A stretch of 63,934 nt of DNA, counting the filler, from Octopus bimaculoides (Eukaryota), in NCBI RefSeq assembly GCF_001194135.2. It is 9 parts of 7 records of this genome, joined end to end, with 100 filler letters (N's around TTAATTAATTAA, not from the genome) between each part and the next. Parts side by side here need not be neighbours in the genome. Positions count along the whole stretch, not along the records: positions 24,065 to 30,591 come from NW_026389089.1; positions 30,692 to 50,574 come from NC_068981.1; 7 more parts are not named here. One strand, given 5' to 3'. The notes below the pieces were generated by a model that saw nothing but the letters and a program-made list of their open reading frames with translations, was not told the origin of the DNA and did no database searches. Positions 24,790 to 35,762 of this stretch are shown here, in pieces. Made by a program: the position numbers and the translations under genes. Position 1 is the first letter of the stretch. Each line of letters opens with the position of its first letter.

Positions 24790-25015
24790 AGTGTGGCTGA
24801 CCCCTAGGGATGGATGTTACTGTTGCTTTAGCCCCAGGAGGACATCTCCTCCAGCTGGCTTATCGACACACTACTGTGTCCTGTTTGTTTTGCCAAGGGA
24901 AGTTACCCCTCTCATCTTGATCGTAGCACGAACGGACCCGGGTTTCAGGGTTATTTCCCTTCGTCAGCGTCCGATAGCTACCGACCTTCGATGAGAGGTA
25001 TAAATTCTTGGCAAC
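24790..25015 (-). mobile_element. Small non-coding element carrying a hammerhead ribozyme (PLE pLTR or retrozyme-like)
   Basis: Contains the intact hammerhead at 24923-24981 inside nested helices. 24814-24882 is similar to 27925-27990. Confidence 0.6.
24923..24981 (-). ncRNA. Type I hammerhead ribozyme
   Basis: GUAGC-uau-CGGACG, CUGACGA, AGGG-aaauaa-CCCU, GAAA-CCCGGGU-C, CGUUCG-u-GCUAC. Complete core, stems I-III and a GUC site. Predicted cut between 24935 and 24934. Confidence 0.85.
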
Positions 25016-25124
25016 CTTATGTATATTTTTCCAGTGAAATTCTTCACTGATATCGAAAAAGTGAAAACAAGCAATGTTAATTCTCTAAATGAAGTATTAA
25101 CAGTAACTGCACGATAATTTTTTT

Positions 25125-25531
25125 AACTTGTTTCAGTCATTAGACTGTGGCCATGCTGGGGCACCACCTTTGAAGAAGCTTTAGTTAAATAAATCAACCC
25201 TACTACTTATTTTTTTAAAGCCTCAGGTACTTATTTTATTGGACCCTTTTGCTGAACCGTTAAGTTACGAGGACATAAACACACCAACACTGTTTGTCAA
25301 GCAGTGGTGAAGGACAAACACAGATACAAAGAGATACACACGCACACGCACACACACGCACACACACACACACACGACAGGCTTCTTTCAGTTTCTGTCT
25401 ACCAAATCCACTCAGAAGGCTTTGGTCGGCCTAAGGCTACAGTAAAAGACACTTGCCCAAGGTGCCACACAGTGGCACTGAACCCGTAACCAAGTGATTT
25501 GGAAGCTAGCTTCTTATCACCTAGCCACACC
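25125..25531 (-). mobile_element. SINE family 3, near full length
   Basis: Homologous to 141-553, with an internal (CA)n. Confidence 0.78.
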
Positions 25532-26243
25532 TATATGTATGTATGTATGTATGTATGTATGCATGTATGTATGTATGCATGTATGTATGTATGTACATGA
25601 ATTATTCAAACGATGAAATACCAATAAATCTGCTACAAATTTCAGATATTCTAATTGCTTATATGAAATAATGTTGTCCAAACATAAAGAATCCTCAGTG
25701 CTTGCCCAAACTTTCGATTTTTTGCCCTTTTTTCTTCCTGTAAGAACATAGTATTAGTGTTTGTTGCCTGAAGAATTATTAACAATAAGTATTATATAGT
25801 GTTAAGTGAAGTGAAACAACTACTAGTGGGAATTGAATGCCAATCAGCTTCTCGGTTCAGTGAACTTGATTCAGTACCTGTTTCTTCATACAATAGTATT
25901 GATTATGTATTTTTGCAGGTCAAAGGCTATCCAATATTTTGTGAGTCATATATAACAATCAGTTGGTCATATTTGAAAGAAATTGGTCAGTTGGAAAAAT
26001 TGTATTATAATATATAGGTCAGTATTGTTGTGAATAGATCAGATGTTATACTGTATAACATATGTCAGGTGAACTTTAAAGCTCAGATATTGCACTTTAT
26101 AAATCAGATCCTTTTTCTGTATAGATCAGGTATCAGATTTGGTACATTAGAAGGTGTAGTACAATGATCAGCTGTTGTAGTCTCTCAGTCAAATACTTTA
26201 CATTGTGGGTCATATGTTGTGCTAGGTATGTCATATATTTTAA

Positions 26244-26570
26244 CCCTTCAGCATTTAATCTAGCCAAGAAGAGCATCCAGCTGTAGAAAACCTTGGCAAA
26301 TCAGATTAGTGTCTGGTGCAATCTTCCAGCATACCAGCCCGGTCAAACCGTCCAACCCATGCCAGCTTGGACAACAGACGTTAAATGATGATGATGATAT
26401 CTGGCCTAACTTTTCTACCATATCCAACCACTCATGCTTACCCTGCAATGTCATTCTAAAAATATAAATGCATCATTGAAATCTTGAATTTCAAAATGAT
26501 GTGTGATTAATTCAAAGCAAAATGAACAAATAAACAATACATTTGACAAAGAAATCTGAATGCTAAAGGG
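26244..26570. mobile_element. piggyBac-type MITE interrupted by an RTE-tail fragment (about 26265-26398)
   Basis: TTAA|CCCTTCAGCATT ... AATGCTAAAGGG|TTAA. Confidence 0.75.
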
Positions 26571-26767
26571 TTAATTAAAAGTTAGGATATTACAATTAAC
26601 TATTAAGGTCAGATGCTTTATTACATGGGCCATGAGGTTGTGTTTGTAAGGTCATGCATTGTACTCTATACAGGTGGAACTTAGCTTTATCATGTCAGGT
26701 ACATGATATGATATGTAGGCCAAATGTCATGCTTTGTAATTCAGCTATGGCATTATATTGGTCAAAT

Positions 26768-26985
26768 AAGGCAGTGAGCTGGCAGAATCATTAGCACACT
26801 GGGGGAAACGCTTAGCAGTATTTCGCCCATTGTTACGTTCTGTGTTCAAATTCTGCCGCGGTCAGCTTTGCCTTTCATCCTTTCGGGGTTAATAAATTAA
26901 GTACCAGTTGAATACTGGGGTCGATGTTATTGACCTAATCCCCTCCCCACAAATTTCAGGCCTTGTGCCTTTAGTAGAAAAGATT
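26768..26985 (+). mobile_element. SINE family 4 copy
   Basis: AAGGCAGTGAGCTGGCAGAATC..GTTCAAATTCTGCC..GCCTTGTGCCTTTAGTAGAAAAG. Confidence 0.78.
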
Positions 26986-27003
26986 ATTATTATTATTATT
27001 ATT

Positions 27004-27589
27004 GAGTGAGAGAGCAAGCAGTGCCATCAAAGTGACACTGGGGTACAAATATACGAAACCCATTACACCCATCATGACTACCCGTCTGATAAAGGTACAC
27101 CAGGCACATGCATCACAACCACATGTGCGCGACGTGATGATCTCATATCCAGATAAACAGCGCATGACCTTGCAAGTGGGGCACAGTTAGAATTTTCTTC
27201 AGGTCGAGTAGCCCATTCCGCTCAAAAGGTCCCTGAATAAGGCTTGTTTAAGGATGTTGAGCAAAACACCCATGTTTCCAAAGGTGAATTATTCAAACCC
27301 CAAAGAATTCCTCTCAACACATGGCTATGATGCTCTCCCACTACTTCTGCACATGATCAGAGATGCACATATCGTCAGCCATCGAGGGACATGCTCAACT
27401 GGTTAAGGTCAAACAACTGACAAGCAAATCTGTGGTATTAAGCAGAATATTTGCTGTAGCCCATCTTTTACACCAAGACAAAACAATGTACATGATAACA
27501 CTTCCAATCAATTAAGATCAGAAGCAATGAGAGTCACTGCCTGGTACTGCATCCGGGCATTTAGTCACTGCCTGGTACTGCATCCGGGC

Positions 27590-27590
<1 letters not shown>
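27004..27590 (-). mobile_element. (AAT)n-flanked 560-bp element, copy 2, with a tandem 31-bp 5'-end duplication
   Basis: Homologous to 18989-19545. (ATT)n on both sides. Confidence 0.8.
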
Positions 27591-27627
<37 letters not shown>

Positions 27628-27789
27628 CACCAAGGTTCACTTTGTCCTTCATTGTTTCAGGGTCAATAAAATAGGTAACAATTGAACAATGGGGTCAGTA
27701 TTATCAACTAACCTCTTCCTCCAACATTTCAGGCCTAGTGCGTATAGTATAAAGGATTATATTGGTCTAATACAGATAATGTCATACTA

Positions 27790-29024
27790 CAGAGTAATTC
27801 AAAATGAATGGTACAAAAAGAAAACATATGAGTGTTGTTTTCAATATATCAAAAAAATACAGAGGTAACATGAAAGGTTAAAGATTGTTTGCCAACATAA
27901 CATGGCAGTCTTGGTTTAAGACTAATGTTGCTGTAATTTAGCCCCAGGAGACATCGTCTCCAGCTGGCTATATGATACGATCTGTGTCCTTATAGCCAGA
28001 TAGTGTCGTATAGCTAGCTGGAGACGATGTCTCTTGGGGCTAAATTACAGCAACATTCATCCTAAACCAGGACTGCCATGTTATGTTGGCAAACAATCTT
28101 TACTATAAAGTTCTGTTGCTGAATATCTCGCATTGTGAGATTAAAAAATAGTAATTTTCTAATGAAAGGTTAAGTCTTCAAGTTTCTACTGACAGTCACA
28201 AATGTTCAATGTTGATGCGCTTTGCCACATGGCAGACGTCTACTCGATAGTCTGGTTCATTCCACACCCATGCCAATATAGACTGATCAATTGGATTGAC
28301 TGCATTGTCTGTCTGCTGCTTTAACTCCTGGAAGTAACTATGGAAGTAGGACTATGAACACCTTGTCTTTCTGATACCTCTAAAGGAAAAAGTTGCAAGG
28401 CGTTAGGTTGGGAAACCTGGGGGCCAGACAATCACTGGCAAATCATTCGTCCCAGCACAACCAATCCAGCATTTTGGAAGTTGCTGGTTGAGGTAATCAC
28501 ATACATGTCTATGCCAATGTGGTGGTGGTGGTAGTGGAGAGGAGGACATCTTGCTACATTATGAAGTCAGGTATATCTTCTTCCAACTGGGGCAACAACC
28601 AAATGGACAGCATGTCAAGGTAGGTGCAACCTCCTCATCATCATCATTGTTTAACGTCCATTTTCCATGAGTTGGACAGTTTGACTGGGGACTGGCAAGA
28701 CCAGGAGGCCACACCAGACTCCAATATGATCTGGCAATATTTCTACAGCTGATGCCCTTCCTAATGCCGATCACTCTGAGAGTGTAGTGGGTGCTTTTTA
28801 CGTGCCACTGGCATGGGAACCAGTCAGGTGGCACTGGCATCAGCCACATTCAAATGCTGCTTTTTATGTGCTACCGGCACAGGAGCCAGTTAGGGCAGGG
28901 GTGTTTGGAGGGGTGGTGGTGGCTGGCAACGACATGTTCGGACGGTGCTTTTTACGTGCCACCGACACGGAGTGCCAGTCAAGCGGCACTGGCAATGATG
29001 TAATTGTACTTTTGAATTACTCTG
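27790..29024 (-). mobile_element. Tc1/mariner deletion derivative with nested inserts
   Basis: TIR CAGAGTAATTCAAAA / TTTTGAATTACTCTG with TA on both sides. Transposase relic DYLNQQLPKCWIG..WPPRFPNLTPCNFFL near 28200-28560. Confidence 0.75.
27879..28102. repeat. About 224-bp fold-back palindrome with arms of about 92 bp
   Basis: TAAAGATTGTTTGCCAACATAACATGGCAGTC... is matched by ...GACTGCCATGTTATGTTGGCAAACAATCTTTA. Confidence 0.85.
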
Positions 29025-30261
29025 TATTTTATCCAGGTAAAGAAACATCTAGGTTTAATTCATTTTTGAAATTTGGTGGATGTCATTGCTCTGTTGGAGA
29101 TTATTAATGGTGATTTTTTTTTTCTGAATTATGCTCGAAACAAGAATTCGAAACCACAGTTCGAAATCATTAAAAAAAAACAAAGCTCTTAACACTCTTC
29201 CATTATAGTACACAGAATCCTCGTTCAGAAAAAAAAATATCAATGATGATAACTTCAATATATTTGTTTTAGATATTATCTAAGTATTAATAATTTCTAA
29301 TGTCAGAACGAGAATTTAGTCAATCAGAACTACCAATATATGTGGCTTATGATTTATTTTCTTGCACCTTGAAGGATCAAAGGTAAACTTTAATCTGTTA
29401 AAGGCTATAACTAAGTACTTCAAGTCATTTGGCCTGAAGCTGTAACAATTCTGCTAATTTGTCGTTCTATGTGGTCTAAATATTATTAACTAAAGTCATG
29501 TAATGTAATCTCCTCATAATCTCATACATACATACATACATACATACATACAGAGAGAGAGAGAGAGAGAGAGATTGATAAATATATACACATACACATT
29601 CATATACATACATACATACATACATATATAGTAGTGGTGATGGTGGTGGTGAGGACGATGATGATGATGATAATAATGATGAAGACAACAACGAAGAGGA
29701 TAGTGGTGATGATGCTGACGATGATGTTGGTGACGATGGTGCTGTGGATGATGATGATACAAGATTCTAGTGAAAATTCATTAAAAACCAGATTTTTAAC
29801 ACCTTTCGTTATTGCACTAAGATTACTCTTTCAGAAAAAAAAAAAAAAGAAGCGGAAAAAGAAAAAACAAAAAGAAGCAGAAAAAAAATGTGTCAATAAT
29901 TAGCATTCTCCTCTGTAGTAGTTTTATAAGTTGTCTAAATATTATTAACTCAAAATAAACTTTTTGCTACACTTAAAGTCTTCCATAGTTAAATAACGTG
30001 TAGTTTCTATTACATAAAAATATTGATTTCTTCACATTGGCACAAGACAGCGTCACAGATATACCGGGAAAGCGAATATTTGGCTCTTGGGTTGATGTAA
30101 TCAACTACTCCCTTCCCGACCAAAATTTGTAACCATGTGCACATATTAGAAATCAATATTTATTCCATGGTCCACTGAACTTGTGTCTAGTGCCAGTTTC
30201 TGTGGCATTAAATGGATGCAGAACAAAAGTTCTGTGCAGCTTTGTAGTGTGCAGTCTAGTG

Positions 30262-30565
30262 GAGGGCGTGGCTTAGTGGTTAGGGTATTCTGCTCGCAAT
30301 TGTAAAGTTGTGAGTTCGATTCCCAATGGCATGTTTTGTCCTTGAGTAAAACGTTTTATTTCACCTTGCTTCAGTTCACTCAGCTGTCAAAAATGAGTTG
30401 TAACCTGTAATTCAAAGGGACAGCCTTGTCACACTCTGTGTCACACAGAACCTCCCTGAGAACTGTGTTGAGGGTGTGTGTGTCTGTGGAGCACTCAGCC
30501 ACCTGCATGTTAATTTCACACTCAGGCTGTTCCATTAATCAGATCAAATGGAAGAATCGTCTTCA
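30262..30565 (+). mobile_element. tRNA-derived SINE (family 2)
   Basis: A box TGGCTTAGTGG and B box GTTCGATTCC. Homologous to 50678-50998 (-) and 57303-57360. Confidence 0.8.
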
Positions 30566-30927
30566 TTACATATATATATATGTGTATACATNNNNNNNNN
30601 NNNNNNNNNNNNNNNNNNNNNNNNNNNNNNNNNNNTTAATTAATTAANNNNNNNNNNNNNNNNNNNNNNNNNNNNNNNNNNNNNNNNNNNNATGCAGATC
30701 TCTAATGCAACTTAAAAAAAAAAACAGTCAATGAGTGGAAATAACCAATAAACTGATTCCTTATGGGATTTCCCAATCAAATTGCCAGCAAACCATTTTC
30801 AGCCAAAACAATTTCAACGGATTTCGCTCAAATCTGATGTCGATGTTACTTATTTTGGTTTGAAATAAAGCACTTGATCACTTAATAATCCTAGCTTAAT
30901 CCCGGACAGCGCCGGGCTATACTGCTA

Positions 30928-30961
<34 letters not shown>

Positions 30962-31204
30962 GTATGTGTGTGTGTATATGTTTGTGTGTCTGTGTTAGTT
31001 CCCCCAACATCACTTGACAATCTAGCGGTTCGGCAAAAGAGACCAATAGAATAAGTACTAGGCTTACAGAGAATAAGTCCTGCGGTCGATTTGCTCGACT
31101 AAAGGTGGTAGTCACAGTCAAATGACTGAAACAAGTAAAAGAGTATTCCTTAACCTTTCACTGATAACTAATAATAACAATGATTAAGTCAGTCAGATTC
31201 ATTA

Positions 31205-31895
31205 TCATCATCGTTTAACATCCACTTTCCATGCTAGCATGGGTTGGACGATTTGACTGAGGACTGGCGAACCGGATGGCTGCACCAGGCTCCAATCTGA
31301 TCTGGCAGAGTTTCTACAGCGGGATGCCCTTCCTAACACCAACCACTCCAAGAGTGTAGTGGGTGCTTTTACGTGCCACCGGCATGAGGGCCAGTCAGGC
31401 AGTACTGGCAATGGCCACATTCAAAATGGTGTTTTTTATGTGCCACCTGCACAGGAGACACAATGACCTCACTAAATTGTTTTCTAACGTGCCACTGGCA
31501 CAAGTGCCAGTAAGGCTATGCTGGTAACGATTATGCTCAAATGGTGCTATTTACGTGCCACTGGCCTGGAAACCAGATAGCTGCTCTGGCAATGATCATG
31601 CTCGGACGGTGCTGTTCGTGCTCTACTGGCACAGGTGCCAGTCATCGAATATGGTTCAATTACGATTTCGATTTCAATTTCACTTGCCACAACAGGTCTT
31701 CGCAAGCAGAGTTTAGTGTCCAATGAAGGAGAGGTTGGCATAGGTGCCAGTCGTTGAATTTGGTTCGATTCGATTTCGATTTCACTTGCCTCAACAGGTC
31801 TTCGCAAGCAGAGCTTAGCGTCCAATGAAGTAAAGATACAAATAAGTGAGCTGGCTACACTCCTGGCAGAGGCCACGGATTATGGTCTCACTTGG
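31205..31895 (-). mobile_element. RTE-type LINE 3' UTR (or RTE-tail SINE) with internal tandem units
   Basis: Tail GGATGTTAAACGATGATGAT, 55-65-bp units containing TGGCACGTAAA..GCACC, and an 80-bp tandem duplication at about 31680-31830. Relatives at 26265-26398, 28636-29000, 33775-33995, 44820-45010, 46105-46330, 48225-48440, 59791-59945 and 60651-61015. Confidence 0.65.
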
Positions 31896-32039
31896 CTTTA
31901 ACAATTACTCCATTGAATGGTAGAAATATGAAAGTTCACTTCATGTAGCATATTTAAAGAAAGCTAGCTTGGTGAAATCCACCTTTCTCTAAGTGTAAGG
32001 GGAAGAGTTCAACCTCACTACAGCAAGATGATATATAGT

Positions 32040-32145
32040 GGTCAGGTATTGTAGGGTAGGTATGAGAGACCAGATCTGACCAGTTTGAACATAAAACAAG
32101 TGGAATATTTTGGCTGGATATGGCCGGTTTAAATGTTAAGGGGTT
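32040..32145 (-). mobile_element. Partial piggyBac-type MITE end
   Basis: Ends AAATGTTAAGGGG|TTAA. Similar to the 26244 element. Confidence 0.45.
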
Positions 32146-32869
32146 AAGCAAGCCATTGCAATGAACACTTTACCAGATAGTTTGTCCTTTGTATTCATTT
32201 ATATTAAGCAATGGTACAAGTTCTGCTTGACTGAGAAAAGAGTTATACAAAAGAATTTTGTCCACTAGTGTACCAACCTTAATTGTAAGAGTGAGGTTTT
32301 CTGATTGTGTCTTCATGAGTGCAGATTTGTCCTAGTATACTGGCTGACTGCACTATAATTATAAGCATTGGAGCACCTCCATTAGTTTTTCCTCACACTC
32401 ACTCAACTGTGGTATAATATATATATATATATACATACATGGCCACAAATGATGTTAAATGTAACCTAACTTCATCATCTGCCATCCCCACTGCTTGTAC
32501 CTGTACCCCACCCTAGAAGCAAACACACCCCATACGATGATTTTTTTTGCTCCTAAATCCAAGGAGCATAACTCCAACAAAGTAAAAAAACTTTCTCCCT
32601 AGTTTTGACCAAAGATTTCATTCTGGTTTTTACAGCAGTCACAAGATCAGCAGACTGAATGTAACACTTTCAGACCTACATCACAAAGAACCCGTGTTAT
32701 ATTATTCCATTCAGATTGTCGGAATTATCTCAACTCTTCTATGAAACTGGTAAAGTGACTGATATGAGAATGTAATATATTTTATTACTAATAATATACC
32801 CACTCTTTTAACCAATATATGAACATCTTATTTTCCTGACTCATAAAGTTTTAGACAACTATCAAAATC

Positions 32870-33760
32870 TATCTATCTATCTATCTATCTACCTATGCAC
32901 CCATTCCCTTTACCTCTTCCTCTTCACTTTGCATTCTCACTCACCCCTCCATGACTCTTACCTCTTCATTACTCACAGCCCCTACCACAACCATCTCTCA
33001 TCTTTCTACTAATCTGGGAAGACTACACCATCATCATCTACTTCACATCTACTTCACTCCTTGTCTTCTAGGCTCACACTGAACTCTCACTCCTACTTAC
33101 ACAACACTTACCCAGCTATACTTGTCCTGCTGAACTACAAACCAACACACTCTCTACCAGGTCATATCTATTACCAACACTTAGTCTTGCCTTTATCTCA
33201 CTACCCATCTTTACACCCTGCTGGTGCCCTCTACTACTCACTGCATTCACCTACAACTCCTCTACCCTTTCTCTCACTGTCCTCTCCCACCTGGGATGCT
33301 CTCACTTCTCCTACTCTACAATACTCTTTCTTTTCTCATTCCCTCATTGTTCTCACTACACTCATCCACCTCTCTTTCGCCTTTTTTTCTCATTTCCTCT
33401 CCCTATATCTTTCCCTTCTCAATAACCCTCATTTCCCCCCACCCCTGACCTACTCCCATACCACTCTTTCTTTCAAAAACTCTCTCTGTATCCTACACCA
33501 TCATCTATTTCTCCTTCAGATCTTCTGTCCCTATTCACCTTTATAACATGGGATATCTTTGGATTCTCTCCCACACAACCAACCTTATTACCTTTCTGCT
33601 AATCCTTTCTTTTCTCATATCACCTGCCATACTTTCTCAATAATGCCTATTCCCTTTGTTTCTCCATTACCACCCACTCACAACTATAAATCTGTTTCTC
33701 TTATCATACTTTATCCTCTCTCATTGCCCAGTCTAGAATCATTGCACACTCTCTTCTGTT
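32870..33760. repeat. About 900-bp pyrimidine-biased low-complexity tract
   Basis: Strong C/T excess on the plus strand. The ORFs here are compositional artefacts. Confidence 0.6.
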
Positions 33761-34059
33761 GTTCTTCATTTACAAGGGCCACTTGTTGCAAGGCTACCAA
33801 CAAGTGCTGGTGCCATGAAAAAAGCAGCTAGGATATGCTGTAAAATGGTTGGCATTAGAAAGGGCATCAAGTTATGGAAACCATGCCAAAACTGACATTG
33901 GAGCACAATGCAGTCTTTCAGCTTGTTGCATCTTGTCAAATTGTCCAACTCATGATAGCATGGAAGATGGACATATGATGATGATGGTGGTGGTATGTGT
34001 GTTTGAAGGAAAGGATTAAAAAAACATAAATAAAAGAAGCTGCATTAATTTGCAATGGA

Positions 34060-35625
34060 TCTGTGAATGTAATTTGAGTCCCGGTATGGGTTCTGCTATG
34101 AAGTCATAATGGTGATTTTGATTTTGATTTCACTTAGGATCGGACAATGGGCCTGCTGATAGTAGGATATAATTCTTTTATTGTTCTATTTCTTCAACTC
34201 AAATTATTTAGATGCATCATGACACATTTTACACCACTTAGACTGATCTAAGCAATAGCTTTCCTAAAATGTTTCATCAAGCTGTAGGGATTTTAATGAT
34301 CGTTTCAACTTATCTTTATACCTAAAGATGGGTCTTCCTTTACTGCAGAATCTCTCCACTTGTTGGCTATACAAAAGAATTTTTAGAATGCAGTCATCTT
34401 CCATTTGAATAACATGTCCTGCCCATCTGCACTGAATTATCAACAGTATGCTTTCAATAGTGAAATATCACATTTTTCTAAAATTTTGATATTTGATATT
34501 CTTGTCTTACCATTTTGTTGTAGACATTGCACAGACAGCACATGTGGAGGGTTTCAAGTTTCTTTATATGTTTGTAGTAGGGAGATCCATGCTTCTGCCT
34601 TATACAAAAATGTGCTCAAAATACAAGGTTTGTATACATTTATTTTAGTTTCAATCTGACACCATTTTCATCCAACAAACGATAGGAAAGTTTTCCAAAA
34701 GCACTTGTAGCCTTAGATATTCTAACATTGATATCATCATCAAGAGTATTCTTAAAGTTTATTGTACTTCCAACCAAGATATTTAAGTGACCCGACCCAT
34801 TTGAGTGGCTTATTGTCAATCCTCATGTTCAAATCTTGAGTATGTTCTGCCCAGACTTTGTTTGGAATAAAACTTCAGTCTTCTTAATGCTGATAGTTAG
34901 TCCAAATACATGAGCTGGTGCAGTAAACCTGGCAATTATTTCCTGAATTTCCTCAAATGTATGAAAAATCAAAGCACAATCATTAGCAAACCACATAGAA
35001 TCCCTTCTTTGATCTTTTTTTGATCTGAAGCTTTACCCATTTAAGTTTAGTTGACCTCAGTCTGTGTGAAACTGAAATTTTACACCTTCGTGGTAATCCT
35101 TAAAAGGATTTTGGAGCATCATTGAAAAAATATGGCAAAAAGTATAGGAGCTAAAATACAGCCCTATTTAGCTCCAGTGAAAACAGAAAATGCCTCTGAA
35201 CATTGACCATTAGATATCACTGCTACCATCATTCCTTTATGCAAAGATATTGTTACCTTTATCATCTTATCAGGAAATTTCCCAAGGCACCTCACATCAT
35301 CTTATCAGGGAATTTCCCAAAGCACCTCACAATTCACTATATCAAAGGCCTTGGCTAAGTCAACAAAGACCATGTACAAGTCAGTATTTTTCTCACATGT
35401 TTCTCCTTGAACTTGTTTAAAGGCAAAAACCATGTAAACTGTGCCTCTCCCAGTCCAAAATCCACATTGGGATTTGGGATAAATGCTGTTTACTACATAT
35501 TTATTGATGTGGTTAAGAATCATCTACACAAGCATTTTTTCAGTTATGCACAACAAATTTATACCCTTGTTATTTTCACATGTACTCTTCTTCCCTTTGT
35601 TTTTATGCAAAAGCATTCTAGATAC
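34060..35625 (-). mobile_element. RTE (BovB-like) LINE RT-to-C-terminus relic in a NUP188 intron
   Basis: PKSQCGFWTGRGTV, VFVDLAKAFDIVN, FANDCAL, ISIKKTEVL and GRPIFRYKD motifs, with stops and frameshifts. Confidence 0.8.
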
Positions 35626-35658
35626 ATCTTTGAACTATAATAATAATATATAACTTAC

Positions 35659-35762
35659 TTGGTTCTGAGAACACTCATTGCTGTCTCTCTCATACCAGCC
35701 CAAAGGGCATGTAGAAATTCAATACAGGCACAAAGAAGGTTTGGAGGGCATTGGTAAGTTTT
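35659..35762 (-). CDS. NUP188: NUP188 internal exon KTYQCPPNLLCACIEFLHALWAGMRETAMSVLRT
   Basis: acag acceptor and AA|gtaagt donor, phase 0/2. Resembles human DRYWCPPLLHRAAIAFLHALWQDRRDSAMLVLRTK. Confidence 0.92.

Noticed and set aside
25620-25740. Open minus-strand frame GRKKGKKSKVWASTEDSLCLDN.. after an AG
   Set aside because: It has no similarity to NUP188 or proteases, and alternative frames are equally plausible.
31330-31830. CRISPR-like repeat-spacer pattern
   Set aside because: The units are degenerate tandem repeats of a eukaryotic retroelement tail. There are no unique spacers and no cas genes.
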